From Candidatus Dadabacteria bacterium (GTDB taxonomy: Bacteria; Desulfobacterota_D; UBA1144; Nemesobacterales; CSP1-2), in the NCBI GenBank assembly GCA_963805855.1, contig CAWDVW010000005.1:1022297-1086296 (forward strand): 64,000 nucleotides of DNA, in the 5' to 3' direction. How positions within the stretch are numbered: position 1 is the first letter of the stretch; the number at the start of each line of letters is the position of its first letter. Positions 52,274 through 62,103 of the stretch are shown here, piece after piece. The notes below the pieces were generated by a model. That model saw nothing but the letters and a program-made list of their open reading frames with translations. It ran no database searches and had not been told where the DNA came from. The translations under genes and the position numbers were made by a program.

Positions 52274-53590
52274 GTGAGTGACATTCCCCGGCGCACCGCA
52301 GCGCGTACGGCCAAGCTCGCGAGCCTGCCCCTGGGTGTGGCCGGCCGGGCCGCGGCCGGGTGGGGTCGCCGGCTGGCCGGCGGCAACAGCGACGAGATCT
52401 CCGCCCAGATGATGGCGCGCAGCGCCGAGCAGCTGTTCGCCGTGCTCGGTGAGCTCAAGGGCGGCGCGATGAAGTTCGGGCAGGCGCTGTCGGTGTTCGA
52501 GGCGGCGGTGCCGGACGAGCTGGCGGGACCCTTCCGGGAGTCGCTGACGAAGCTGCAGCACGCGGCCCCGCCGATGCCGACCCGCGACGTCCACCGGATG
52601 CTCGCCGAGCAGTTCGGCCGCCGCTGGCCCGAGCGGTTCCGCGAGTTCGACGACGCGCCCGCCGCGGCCGCCAGCATCGGGCAGGTGCACCGCGCGGTGT
52701 GGCAGGACGGCCGCGAGGTCGCGGTGAAGGTCCAGTACCCGGGCGCCGAGGAGGCGCTGCGGTCGGACCTGCGCCAGCTCGCGCGCATGAGCAGGCTGCT
52801 GCAGCCGCTCGTGCCGGGCCAGGACGTCAAGCCGCTGGTGGCCGAGCTGCGCGAGCGCATGGAGGAGGAGCTCGACTACCGCGACGAGGCCGCGAACCAG
52901 CGGGCGTTCGCCGAGGTGTTCGACGGCGATCCGCTGATCGCGGTTCCGCGGGTCGTGGCCTCGGCGCCGCGCGCGATGGTGAGCGAGTGGATCAGCGGGC
53001 GGAAGCTGTCGGAGGTGATCGCGGCCGGCACGGCGGACGAGCGGGACCAGGCGGGTGCGCTGCTCGCCGAGTTCCACTACTGCGCGCCCGCCCGGGCCGG
53101 CCTCCTGCACGCGGACCCGCATCCGGGCAACTTCCAGCTGCTGCCCGACGGCAGGCTGCTGGTGCTGGACTACGGTGCGGTCGCGCGGGTGCCCGCGGGC
53201 CTGCCGCGGCCGCTGTCGGTGATGACCCGGCTCGCGCTCGAGGACCGGCCGGACGATCTCATCGCGCACCTGCGGAACGAGGGGTTCCTGCTGCCGGGGA
53301 CGACCGTGTCCGGGGCCGACCTCATCGCGTACCTCGCGCCGTTCGCCGAACCGCTGCGCACGGAGTCGTTCCACTTCACCCGCCGCTGGCTGCAGAGCCA
53401 GGCCGAGCGGGTCGGCGACCTGCGCAGCTCCGGCTTCGACGTCGGCCGACGGCTGAACCTGCCGCCGCAGTACCTGCTGGTGCACCGGGTGTCGATGGGA
53501 ACGCTCGCGGTGTTGTGCCAGCTCGACGCGCGGGTTGCGCTGCGCGACATCGTCAGCAGGTGGAACCCGGCGACATTCGTCGACGTCTAG
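52274..53590 (+). CDS. ABC1/AarF/UbiB family kinase
   Basis: LKGGAMKFGQ, AAASIGQVH, VAVKVQYPG, EELDY..EA, HADPHPGN. Confidence 0.92.
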   Translation: MSDIPRRTAARTAKLASLPLGVAGRAAAGWGRRLAGGNSDEISAQMMARSAEQLFAVLGELKGGAMKFGQALSVFEAAVPDELAGPFRESLTKLQHAAPPMPTRDVHRMLAEQFGRRWPERFREFDDAPAAAASIGQVHRAVWQDGREVAVKVQYPGAEEALRSDLRQLARMSRLLQPLVPGQDVKPLVAELRERMEEELDYRDEAANQRAFAEVFDGDPLIAVPRVVASAPRAMVSEWISGRKLSEVIAAGTADERDQAGALLAEFHYCAPARAGLLHADPHPGNFQLLPDGRLLVLDYGAVARVPAGLPRPLSVMTRLALEDRPDDLIAHLRNEGFLLPGTTVSGADLIAYLAPFAEPLRTESFHFTRRWLQSQAERVGDLRSSGFDVGRRLNLPPQYLLVHRVSMGTLAVLCQLDARVALRDIVSRWNPATFVDV

Positions 53591-53943
53591 CGTAGAGGCG
53601 CGGCGCCGGGCTTGTCGGGCGCGGCGCCGACCAGCATCCCGACATTGGGCACCCGGCAGCGGCACGGCGGTGATCGGCGGCGCTCTGCACCATCGCCCGC
53701 GGCACCGGGCGCAGTGCACAGGTGTCGTCCGCCCGCATGACGGTGGAGCTGCGCGACCCGGCAGCGGTGGAAGCTGGGCGTCGACGACGGGTTGCCCGGC
53801 TGGACGGGACCTCCTCCCGGGGCGAGCCCATCGGACGGTCGGCGATGCTCTGCGGCCTGCCGAGTCCGGACAGCTCTCATCGGCATTCGGAGCTCATCGG
53901 CAATGCAGGGAATCACGGCCCGGGGGCCGAGGTTGCGCGGATC

Positions 53944-54882
53944 ATGGCAACCAAGGTCGTGGCCACCGCGTTCGGTGGTCCGGATGTCCTGTCCGTGGTC
54001 GAGGCCGACGTACCGGAGCCGGGCCCGGGCGAAGTGGTGATCGCGGTGAAGGCCGCGGGAATCAATCTGTACGACTACAAGATCATTTCAGGGATGTTGG
54101 GAGCGGATCCGGACCGGCTGCCGTTGCCGGTGGGTCTCGAGGTCGCCGGGGTGGTGACCGCCGCCGGATCGGACGCCGTCGGACCCGCGGGGCCGATCGC
54201 CGTCGGCGACGAGGTGGTGGCGCTATCCGGTGAACGGCGGGTACGCCGAGAGCGTCGTCGCCCCCGCGAGCGTGGTCGTGCCGAAACCGGCTGCCCTCGA
54301 CTGGACGGTCGCCGGGTCGATCCTCCTGGTGGGCGGGACCGCCGCGCACGCGCTGCAGGTGGCGGCAGCGAAGCCCGGGGAGACCCTGCTCGTGCACGGC
54401 GCCGCGGGCGGCGTCGGCCAGATCGCGGTGCAGCTGGCCGTGCAGGACGGGGTCCGGGTGATCGGGACGGCCCGCGAGTCGAACCACGACCTGCTGCGCG
54501 GCTACGGCGTGACTCCCGTGACCTACGGCCCCGGACTGGCCGACCGGGTGCGCGCGCTCGCCCCGGACGGGGTCGACGCGGCGATCGACACGATCGGCAC
54601 GGACGAGGCCGTCGACACGTCGCTGGAGCTGGTCGCCGACCACCGCCGGATCGTGTCGATCGCCGCCTTCGGGCGCGCCGACAGCGGCATCGTGCTGATC
54701 AGCGGGGACGACCCGGAGACGAACGTCCGGGCCGAATGCCTGGCGCCGGTTGCTGCGCGGGAGCGGCGGACGGCTCGCTGAAGGTCGTCGTCGCCCGCAC
54801 CTATCCCTTGGCCGAGGCGGCGGAGGCCCTGCAGTTCGTCCGCGACGGGCACGCCGGCGGGAAGGTCGTGCTGGTGCCGTAA
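53944..54882 (+). CDS. NADP-dependent MDR/quinone oxidoreductase (two indels)
   Basis: FGGPDVL, GLEVAGVV, GGYAE, HGAAGGVG, H..GKVVL. Confidence 0.85.
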   Translation: MATKVVATAFGGPDVLSVVEADVPEPGPGEVVIAVKAAGINLYDYKIISGMLGADPDRLPLPVGLEVAGVVTAAGSDAVGPAGPIAVGDEVVALSGERRVRRERRRPRERGRAETGCPRLDGRRVDPPGGRDRRARAAGGGSEARGDPARARRRGRRRPDRGAAGRAGRGPGDRDGPRVEPRPAARLRRDSRDLRPRTGRPGARARPGRGRRGDRHDRHGRGRRHVAGAGRRPPPDRVDRRLRARRQRHRADQRGRPGDERPGRMPGAGCCAGAADGSLKVVVARTYPLAEAAEALQFVRDGHAGGKVVLVP

Positions 54883-54946
54883 CCGGCATGCGCCAGCGGC
54901 CGCGCATCCGGCGGCACTCGCCGCCGGGCTCGTGCGTCGCGCAGAC

Positions 54947-54992
54947 CACGAGGTCACCCTCGGAACTCCTGCATCCCGAGGGTGACCTCGTG
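54947..54992. terminator. Strong hairpin between convergent transcription units
   Basis: CACGAGGTCACCCTCGG-12 nt-CCGAGGGTGACCTCGTG, perfect 17-bp stem. Confidence 0.65.
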
Positions 54993-55022
54993 CGCTCTCC
55001 TACGCCGATCCACGTCGCCCTG

Positions 55023-55115
55023 TCAGCAGTGATGCTGATGGGATCGTGCCAGGGCTTCGTGGAGCAGTGACGCGGTGCGGGAGGTCGGGCGGAACAGGCT
55101 TCGCTGCGTGGTCAT
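55023..55115 (-). CDS. Small ORF (30 aa) downstream of whiB7
   Basis: SD AAGGAG; MTTQRSLFRPTSRTASLLHEALARSHQHHC. Confidence 0.4.
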   Translation of the reverse strand: MTTQRSLFRPTSRTASLLHEALARSHQHHC

Positions 55116-55149
55116 CGGTGATCTCCTTCGGTGTGGTCGAGCCGAACGG

Positions 55150-55521
55150 TCAGGCGCTGACGGCGCCCAGTGCCGCCGCGTAGGCGGCGTCCCGGGCCAG
55201 GTCGGCCTTGCTGGGCCGGCCCCGTGGCCGTTTGCGCGGCACGACGACCCCGCGCTCGAAGATCTCCCCGCCCCAGACGCCCCAGGGCTCCTCGCGCTGC
55301 AGCGCGCCGGCCAGGCAGGCGACCCGGACCGGACAGCCGCCGCACATGGCCTTGGCCTGCTCCAGCTCGGCCGGTGACTCGGCGAACCACAGGTCGGCGT
55401 CGCCGGAGCGGCAGGGCAGCTCCAGCCCGGCGCGGGGTGCCGCGTCGAGCAGGGTGCCCAGCGCACCGGTCTCGGGTTGGTCGCAGGTTCCGCCCTCCAG
55501 CGGAACCGATCGAACTAGCAC
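55150..55521 (-). CDS. whiB7: WhiB7/WblC antibiotic-response transcription factor
   Basis: Four-Cys WhiB core, EPWGVWGG, AT-hook RKRPRGRP; SD AGGAGGT; located between uvrD2 and the ABC1 kinase. Confidence 0.93.
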   Translation of the reverse strand: MLVRSVPLEGGTCDQPETGALGTLLDAAPRAGLELPCRSGDADLWFAESPAELEQAKAMCGGCPVRVACLAGALQREEPWGVWGGEIFERGVVVPRKRPRGRPSKADLARDAAYAAALGAVSA

Positions 55522-55549
55522 CGCACTACCTCCTGGTGAGTTGGTGGAC

Positions 55550-55592
55550 AAAAGAAAGAGGGCCGCGGATCCCGGTGAGATCCGCGGCCCTC
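55550..55592 (-). terminator. Leader attenuator (intrinsic terminator) upstream of whiB7
   Basis: GAGGGCCGCGGATC-7 nt-GATCCGCGGCCCTC followed by TTTCTTTT on the minus strand. Confidence 0.85.
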
Positions 55593-55614
55593 GAACTTCG
55601 GCCTGATTGCGCCC

Positions 55615-55782
55615 CTAGATGGGGCGCCCTCGTGCGGACACACCGGTTCCGTTGACGGTCGGGAACTCGTCGAGCGCGATCGAGCACGCACGGTTGCGCT
55701 GCCAGCCACGCGGGTCCACCGACACGTCGATCCCGGACACGTGGGTGCCGAGGATCATCACGGTCTGCATCGTGTACTCCAT
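55615..55782 (-). CDS. whiB7 leader peptide (uORF, 55 aa)
   Basis: SD GGAGGAGG; MEYTMQTVMILGTHVSGIDVSVDPRGWQRNRACSIALDEFPTVNGTGVSARGRPI*; stop is 22 nt before the terminator. Confidence 0.75.
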   Translation of the reverse strand: MEYTMQTVMILGTHVSGIDVSVDPRGWQRNRACSIALDEFPTVNGTGVSARGRPI

Positions 55783-55844
55783 CTCGGCACCTCCTCCAGG
55801 AGATCGGGTGGTTCGGACGCGCGGATACGGTCCCTCGGCCCTAG

Positions 55845-55881
55845 ACAGTAGGCACCCCCGTCAGGGGCGCACAACCTATTT
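55845..55881 (-). promoter_or_regulatory. WhiB7-dependent promoter
   Basis: AAATAGG-TTGTGC(-35)-18 nt-TACTGT(-10): AT-rich motif just upstream of the -35, as known for WhiB7 targets. Confidence 0.7.
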
Positions 55882-55902
55882 GCGAGAGGTTCGCCCAACG
55901 CA

Positions 55903-55951
55903 TGTCTTATGGATCAGCGTCGCAGCGGAGCAAGGCGGAGATCCACAGGTG
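55903..55951. repeat. 49-bp palindromic dispersed repeat, copy 2
   Basis: TGTCTTATGGATCAGCGTCGCAGCGGAGCAAGGCGGAGATCCACAGGTG, inverted relative to copy 1. Confidence 0.8.
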
Positions 55952-55957
55952 AAATGA

Positions 55958-58021
55958 CTAGTCGCCGCCCTCCGCGACGAGAGCCAGCACGGCCTGGCCG
56001 TAGCGGTCGAGCTTGCTCGCGCCGATCCCGGGGATCGACACCAGCGCCGACGGGTCCGCCGGGCGCTGCTCGGCGATCGCCGTGAGGGTGGCGTCGGTGA
56101 ACACGACGTAGGCCGGCACCTGCTGTTCCTTCGCCGCGTTCCGCCGCCATTCCTTGAGCCGGTCGAGCAGCTCGACGTCGACGTCCGACGGGCAGTCGTC
56201 ACAGCGGCGCAGCTTCATGGCCATCGTGCCGAGCAGCGGCTTGCCGCACACCCGACAGCGGGGCTTCGCGGCGGCGGCGGTGCGCCCACCGGTGGGAACG
56301 CGCGCCGCCGGGTGCTCGTCGGGGATCAGCCCGTACAGGAAGCGGCTGCGCCGACGACGGCGACCCCGCCGGGTTGGCGCGACAGCGCCCACGACAGCGA
56401 CAGCAGCCGCCGCGCCCGCGTGATGCCGACGTAGAGCAGGCGGCGCTCCTCCTCGATCGCGGCGTCGTCGCCCTCGGCGTGCTGGATCGGCAGCGTGCCG
56501 TCGACCAGGCCGACCAGGTACACGGCGTCCCACTCCAGCCCCTTCGCCGCGTGCAGCGACGCCAGCGTGACCCCCTGCACCGTCGGGGGGTGCGCGGCGT
56601 CCGCCCGGCTGTCCAGCTCCGCGGAGAACCGGCGCAGGTCGGCCGACGGTTCGACGGCGACGAGTTCCTCCGCGAGCTCGACCAGCGCGAGCAGCGACTC
56701 CCACTGCGCGCGCTGCGCGGCACCGCCGGGCGGCTCGGCGGTGAGGCCGACGGGTTCCAGCACGGCCCGCACGACGTCCGGTCAGCGGCTCGCCCTCCGG
56801 CCCCGGCCCGGCCGCCCGGACCGCCGTCATCGCCCGCCGCACCTCGGGACGCGAGAAGAAGCGTTCCCCGCCACGCACCTGGTAGGGCACGCCCGCCTCG
56901 GTGAGCGCCTGCTCGTAGACCTCGGACTGGGCGTTCACCCGGAACAGCACCGCGATCTCCGCGGCCGGTGTGCCGTCGTCGACCAGGCGCCGGATCGCGC
57001 GCGCGACGGCCGCGGCCTCGGCGGGCTCGTCGTCGTACTCCTGGAACCGCGGGTCCGGCCCGGGCGGCAGCTGACCGACGAGCTGCAGGCGCGTGCCCGC
57101 GACACGGCCGCGCGCGGCACCGATCAGCGTGTTCGCCGTGGAGACGACCTGCGGGGTGGATCGATAGTCGCGCGTCAGGCGCACCACGACGGCCTCGGGG
57201 AACCGCCGCGGGAAGTCGAGCAGGTGCCGCGGGTCCGCGCCGGCGAAGGTGTAGATCGTCTGGTTCGCATCGCCGACGACGGTCAGGTCGTCGCGGCCGC
57301 CGAGCCAGGCGTCGAGCACGCGCTGCTGCAGCGCCGTGACGTCCTGGTACTCGTCGACGACGAAGCAGCGGTAGCGGTCCCGGAACTCCTCGGCGACCCC
57401 GCGGTGCTCCTCGAGCGCCGCCGCGGTGTGCAGCAGCAGGTCGTCGAAGTCGAGCAGCTCGGCGCGGTTCTTGAGCTCCTCGTAGCCCGCGTAGACGGTC
57501 GCGACCTGCTCGGCGGGCCCCGGGGTGTCGCGGCGCAGGCGGGCGACCGTGGCCGGGTAGTCGCCGGGCGTCACGAGGCTCGCCTTGGCCCACTCGATCT
57601 CGCCGGCGAAGTCGCGCAGCGACGCCGCGTCCGTCCCCGCACGCGCACGGGCCGCCGCCTGCCCGACGATCCGCAGCTTGCCCTCCAGCAGCTGCCACTG
57701 CTCGCCGCCGACGACCTGCGGCCAGAAGTAGCGCAGCTGGCGCAGCGCGGCGGCGTGGAAGGTCCGCGCCTGGACCCCCGACACGCCGAGCACGCGCAGG
57801 CGGGTGCGCATCTCCCCGGCGGCGCGGGCGGTGAACGTCACGGCCAGGACCTGCCCCGGAGCGACGTGCCCGCGGCGGACGAGGTGCGCGATCCGGCGGG
57901 TGATCGTGCGGGTCTTGCCGGTGCCCGCTCCGGCGAGCACGCACACCGGCCCGCGGGGCGCGGCGACCGCCGCACGCTGCTCGTCGTCCAGGCCGGAAGC
58001 CGGGTCTTCGGGGGAGCTCAC
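55958..58021 (-). CDS. uvrD2: ATP-dependent DNA helicase UvrD2 with tetracysteine and HRDC C-terminus (indels)
   Basis: [38 protein letters not shown], CxxC...Cxx[12 protein letters not shown]. Confidence 0.93.
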   Translation of the reverse strand: MSSPEDPASGLDDEQRAAVAAPRGPVCVLAGAGTGKTRTITRRIAHLVRRGHVAPGQVLAVTFTARAAGEMRTRLRVLGVSGVQARTFHAAALRQLRYFWPQVVGGEQWQLLEGKLRIVGQAAARARAGTDAASLRDFAGEIEWAKASLVTPGDYPATVARLRRDTPGPAEQVATVYAGYEELKNRAELLDFDDLLLHTAAALEEHRGVAEEFRDRYRCFVVDEYQDVTALQQRVLDAWLGGRDDLTVVGDANQTIYTFAGADPRHLLDFPRRFPEAVVVRLTRDYRSTPQVVSTANTLIGAARGRVAGTRLQLVGQLPPGPDPRFQEYDDEPAEAAAVARAIRRLVDDGTPAAEIAVLFRVNAQSEVYEQALTEAGVPYQVRGGERFFSRPEVRRAMTAVRAAGPGPEGEPLTGRRAGRAGTRRPHRRAARRCRAARAVGVAARAGRARGGTRRRRTVGRPAPVLRGAGQPGGRRAPPDGAGGHAGVAARGEGAGVGRRVPGRPGRRHAADPARRGRRRRDRGGAPPALRRHHAGAAAAVAVVGAVAPTRRGRRRRRSRFLYGLIPDEHPAARVPTGGRTAAAAKPRCRVCGKPLLGTMAMKLRRCDDCPSDVDVELLDRLKEWRRNAAKEQQVPAYVVFTDATLTAIAEQRPADPSALVSIPGIGASKLDRYGQAVLALVAEGGD

Positions 58022-58178
58022 CGCTCTCCTTCGCTGCGCTCGGTCGGCGCTTCGCGAACTGCTGTGACATTGGTTCGCTCGCTGCGCTCGCTCACGAGGC
58101 CATCCTGACACCCGGGCCGACACGGTGTGACGGCTGTCCACAGGGAAGAACGAGCTCCGCCAGATGGTTGAAAGGTGC

Positions 58179-58427
58179 ATGTCTCAGGTGACGATGTACT
58201 CGACGACGTGGTGCGGTTATTGCCGGCGCCTGAAGCTCCAGCTCGACGCCGCCGGTGTGGCCTACGACGAGGTCAACATCGAGCGGGACCCCGAGGCTGC
58301 GGAGTTCGTCGAGAACGTCAACGGTGGCAACCGCACCGTGCCCACCGTGCGCTTCCCGGACGGCTCCGCGCTGACGAACCCCTCGATGGCGGAGGTCGCC
58401 GCCAAGCTGGACGCCCTCGCGGCATAG
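58179..58427 (+). CDS. mrx1: Mycoredoxin
   Basis: YSTTWCGYC, NGGNRTVPTV, DGSALTNPS; divergent from uvrD2. Confidence 0.9.
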   Translation: MSQVTMYSTTWCGYCRRLKLQLDAAGVAYDEVNIERDPEAAEFVENVNGGNRTVPTVRFPDGSALTNPSMAEVAAKLDALAA

Positions 58428-58477
58428 CACTCGCACCTACCTTCGGGGTCTCGCGCACAGGTTCTGCCTTATGTGGC

Positions 58478-59082
58478 TGCTCTTCTGACCGATCCGTGGG
58501 CGGTCCGAGCGGGGGTTGAGGGGCGCACGTCGCTCTGACGTCTAGGTTTCTGGCTTGTCGAGGGTCAGCAACCATGGACGAGGGACGACGTGCGCGGGGT
58601 CAGGCTATGGCGTGAGCTCCTTGGGGTCGAGCGGACGGTGATCGAGGACGTCGAGTTCGACCAGGGCACCGGGTGCGTGATCGCCCGGGTGCGCCCGAGG
58701 CGGGGGGCGCGGGGCCGCTGCGGGCGCTGTGGGTGCAAGGCTGCCGGCTATGACCGCGGGGAGGGTCGGCGCCGGTGGCGGGGGCTGGACCTGGGCACGA
58801 TCGAGGTGTGGTTGGAGGCCGAGGCGCCGCGGGTGAACTGCCCCGAGCATGGCCCGACGGTGGCAGCGGTGCCCTGGGCGCGTCACGGCGCCGGGCACAC
58901 CCGCGCCTTCGATGACACGGTGGCCTGGTTGGCGGTGCAGTGTTCGAAGACCGCGGTGTGTGAATTGATGCGGATCGCCTGGCGCACGGTGGGCGCGATC
59001 GTGGCCCGGGTATGGGCCGATACCGAACGCGAGCATGACCGATTCGCCGGGCTGCGCCGGATCGGGATCGACGAGGTGTCGT
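58478..59082 (+). mobile_element. ISL3-family IS, left end and 5' half of the transposase only (CDS from 58590)
   Basis: End-like TGCTCTTCTGA; zinc finger CGRC...CPEH, VPWARHG..HT, ends at RRIGIDEVS. Confidence 0.85.
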
Positions 59083-59170
59083 ATAATTATGCGGGTGATC
59101 TTGTCAAGGGGTTCAGCAGGATTTCCTTGGATCGATCTTGGTAGGGCTCGTGGGGAGTGTCCTCAGGACG

Positions 59171-60997
59171 TCAGGACGCCTCGTTGTCGAGTCGTTCGAG
59201 GATTCCGTCGAAGATTTTCTGTCGACCGACTTGGCCTTTGGCGGCGGCGTCTTCGCGTTGGCGCTGCAGGGTGGGCCTGAACTCGATGGTGGTCACGAAG
59301 AATGTGCAGGATTCGCAGATGGACTCGAAGTGGCAGTCCATCTCGACGGGGCGGGCGCAGTGGCCGTTGCCGAGCATGCGGCTGTTCATCTCCCGGCGGA
59401 GCTTGAGCATCTCAGCGCCCTCGGCGTCGGCCGGTAGGTGCGCCGCTCGGTCGTAGAGGGCCTCGACCTTCTCCGACACGGCGAAGTACTCGTCGGCGAC
59501 GGCGCGGTCGGCGATCTTCGCATAGACCATGGTCATCGTCATGGTGCGGTGGCCGAGTAGGGCGGCGATCGCCTCGAGTGACATGCCTCGGTTGATGGCC
59601 TGGGTGGCCAGTGTGTGACGCAGCTGGTGCGCGGTGATCTTGGCGATGCCGGCGGCGGCAGCGATCCTGGTCAGGGCCCGATCGACGCGGGCCGGCGGGA
59701 TGGGCCGCCCCCAATCCAGGAAGATCAGATCGGAGCGTAGGCCTGCGGGCCGGTCGGCCAGCCAGTCATCGAGCAGTGTCTTGAGCTGTGGGTGCAGCGG
59801 GATGTAGCGGTCGTTGTGCAGCTTGCCGACGGGGACTCGCAGCCAGTAGGCGGAGCCGATCTGCACGACGGCGTCGATGGTGAGCGCCATCAGTTCGCCC
59901 TTGCGCAGTCCGGTGCGTGCGAGCAGCTCGATGGCCAGGCGGGCGAAGGGGTCCGGGTCGGCTCGGGCCGCGCGCAGCAGCTTGGCCGAGGCGGCGTCAT
60001 CGAGGAAGCGGGGCAGCGGCTGGTCGGGGATGGGTAGGTCACCGGCGAAGATCAGCGGGCGCGTCGGCGCGTCGGGATAGTCCCATTCGGTGATCCGGTC
60101 GAAGAAGCACCGCAGCGTCGTGAGGTGCCCGCGGATGGTGTGGCGGTGCAGGGTGCCGCCACCGGCTCGGGGGCGGTTGGCGAGCCAGGACTTGTAGGCC
60201 TCGATGTGGTGGCGGCCGATGTCGCCGACGCAGCTCACCCCCGGTGCTTCGCGGGCCAAGAACGCGGTGAACTCGCGGAGCACCTGCTCGGCGATGCGCA
60301 CGGTCGAGGGCCGCAGGCTGAGCTCGAGCTGGGCGAGGTAGCGCTGCGCGGTCTCGGTCAGGCCGGGCGCGACGGCCGCCCACTGCGCGGTCGCGACGAC
60401 GCCCCGGTTCGGCCGGTGCAGCCGGGGTGGTGTGTCGGTCATCCCGGCGTGAAACAGCGTGGCGCGCAACCGGACCAGCGCGGAGCGCAGCTTGTGGCCG
60501 GCCTTGGGGTGCCCGGGGCGGGCGAACGCGGTGAGCAGAGCGTCGCCGCCGGAGTCGAGTTGCTCGGAGGTCACCTGCTCGGGAAGGACGCCGTGCAGCG
60601 CGGCCAGCTGTGCGAGCGCGGACCACTGGTCGCGCACCCAGACCTCGTCGGAGCCGAGCGTGCGCGCGGTGGCGGCGAGCCGGGCGCGCAGAGCGGGGTG
60701 ATGGCGGGCGGCGATGGAGCCCAGCCGAAGGTCGGCCCGTGCCAGGTACTCGGCCGAGACGCTCATCCTGGCGGTGACCATGAGCCAACACGCGAAGCGT
60801 CGCTGGTGGGCGGGCAGGCGTAGCTGCTCGTCGACCGGAAGCGCGGAAAACGCTGCGGGGACGGGGTATCGGGCGCAGAACGCCCGGGCTCCGCCGATGG
60901 TCGATGGCCACGTGCTCGCCCCGGCCTCGGTCAGTTCGGCGGTGAAGGCGCCCACCAGGTCCTCGGCCTGGGCGGTGAGGACGAGGCGGACGCTCAC
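59171..60997 (-). CDS. Large tyrosine recombinase with C-terminal Cys cluster (TnpB-of-Tn554-like)
   Basis: TGLR, GK, HQLRH, LLGH, Y catalytic set; NGHC..P...C....IC.SC.FF tail; start overlaps the upstream stop. Confidence 0.9.
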   Translation of the reverse strand: MSVRLVLTAQAEDLVGAFTAELTEAGASTWPSTIGGARAFCARYPVPAAFSALPVDEQLRLPAHQRRFACWLMVTARMSVSAEYLARADLRLGSIAARHHPALRARLAATARTLGSDEVWVRDQWSALAQLAALHGVLPEQVTSEQLDSGGDALLTAFARPGHPKAGHKLRSALVRLRATLFHAGMTDTPPRLHRPNRGVVATAQWAAVAPGLTETAQRYLAQLELSLRPSTVRIAEQVLREFTAFLAREAPGVSCVGDIGRHHIEAYKSWLANRPRAGGGTLHRHTIRGHLTTLRCFFDRITEWDYPDAPTRPLIFAGDLPIPDQPLPRFLDDAASAKLLRAARADPDPFARLAIELLARTGLRKGELMALTIDAVVQIGSAYWLRVPVGKLHNDRYIPLHPQLKTLLDDWLADRPAGLRSDLIFLDWGRPIPPARVDRALTRIAAAAGIAKITAHQLRHTLATQAINRGMSLEAIAALLGHRTMTMTMVYAKIADRAVADEYFAVSEKVEALYDRAAHLPADAEGAEMLKLRREMNSRMLGNGHCARPVEMDCHFESICESCTFFVTTIEFRPTLQRQREDAAAKGQVGRQKIFDGILERLDNEAS

Positions 60998-61998
60998 AGC
61001 CGCACCGACTGCGCCTCGATCGCCTCGGCCGCGCGCAGATACTCCCCGGCCAGCCAGTCGTTGGCCAGGTGAAGGTAGATCCGGGTCGACTCGATCGACG
61101 CGTGCCCAGCCTGGGCCTGGACGGCTTCCAACGCCATCCCCGCCTCACGCAGCCTGGTGAAACAGGTGTGACGGAGCTGGTGGCACGTCAAGTGCTCCAG
61201 GCCGGCCCGTCTCCTGGCCCCGTCGACGATCTCGTCCAGCCCGGCGGCCGAGAGCGGCCGGCCCCGCCGTGGCCCCTTCAGCACGACGAAGACCCGTTCG
61301 GTGCCGCAGGTTCGTGGGCGTTCGGTGTCGTAGTAGGCCGCGACGGTGGAGAAGAACCGGGCCGAGACCGGCACGATGCGCTGTCGGCCACCCTTGCCCT
61401 CGGCGACGAACACCCGCCGCTCGCCCGGCCGCAGGTCGGGCAGCCGCAAACCGAGCACCTCGCAGCGCCGCAGGCCACCGAGCAACATGGCCTGGGCCAT
61501 CGCCCGATCCCGGTGCGTGCGCAGCGCGGCCAGGAAAGCCTCGACGTCCGCCGGTTCGAGCACCCGCGGCAGCGTGCGCGGCGCTCGGATCAAGGGAACG
61601 CCCCGCACCCCGGGGCGGCTGCGTCGTCCCCGGGTGGCCAGGCCGCGTGGGACCGGGTTGGTCGCCACCCCGCTATCGCCCCGGGCCACGAGATAGTCGA
61701 ACAACCCGGACACGCTGGCCAGTCGACGCTTGATGGTACGGGCGGACAGGCCCGCCTCGCCGTCCTCCAGCCGCACCACCCCGCGGCCGCGGCGAGGAGC
61801 GCGCTGGGACTTGATGAACCCCAACACGTCCGCGGTGGTGACCTCGGCCGGTTGCTTCACCACCTCGGTGAAGAAAACCTTGAGGTCATAGGCCGCGGCC
61901 AGGAGCGTATTCGGACGAGCCCGCGCGGCGACGAATTCGAGATAGTCGTCGAGCAACGGATGACCGAGCATGACGGCCCGAAGCTCGTTGCCCGACAT
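60994..61998 (-). CDS. Tyrosine recombinase (TnpA-of-Tn554-like); start uncertain
   Basis: SAM-like N-terminal domain, GGLRRCE, GKG, HQLRH, AGH, IY catalytic set. Confidence 0.9.
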   Translation of the reverse strand: MSGNELRAVMLGHPLLDDYLEFVAARARPNTLLAAAYDLKVFFTEVVKQPAEVTTADVLGFIKSQRAPRRGRGVVRLEDGEAGLSARTIKRRLASVSGLFDYLVARGDSGVATNPVPRGLATRGRRSRPGVRGVPLIRAPRTLPRVLEPADVEAFLAALRTHRDRAMAQAMLLGGLRRCEVLGLRLPDLRPGERRVFVAEGKGGRQRIVPVSARFFSTVAAYYDTERPRTCGTERVFVVLKGPRRGRPLSAAGLDEIVDGARRRAGLEHLTCHQLRHTCFTRLREAGMALEAVQAQAGHASIESTRIYLHLANDWLAGEYLRAAEAIEAQSVRL

Positions 61999-62103
61999 CG
62001 TCTTGATCAGGCTGGAAATCACGGACAAGAGGGGTCTCCGCTCGCGAGGCCCGACACCGGCGAACGGCGGCGGGTCGACGGTCAAGATCACCCTCATATC
62101 ATG

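Larger units (their letters stand above)
59088..62098 (-). mobile_element. Dual tyrosine-recombinase element (Tn554/RIT-like) with terminal inverted repeats
   Basis: TATGCGGGTGATCTTGTC (59088-59105) vs reverse complement of 62081-62098, TATGAGGGTGATCTTGAC (16/18); carries only two recombinase genes. Confidence 0.85.

Noticed and set aside
51203-53590. TOMM/RiPP biosynthetic cluster
   Set aside because: No YcaO, dehydrogenase or precursor peptide; this gene pair is part of a conserved actinobacterial core block.
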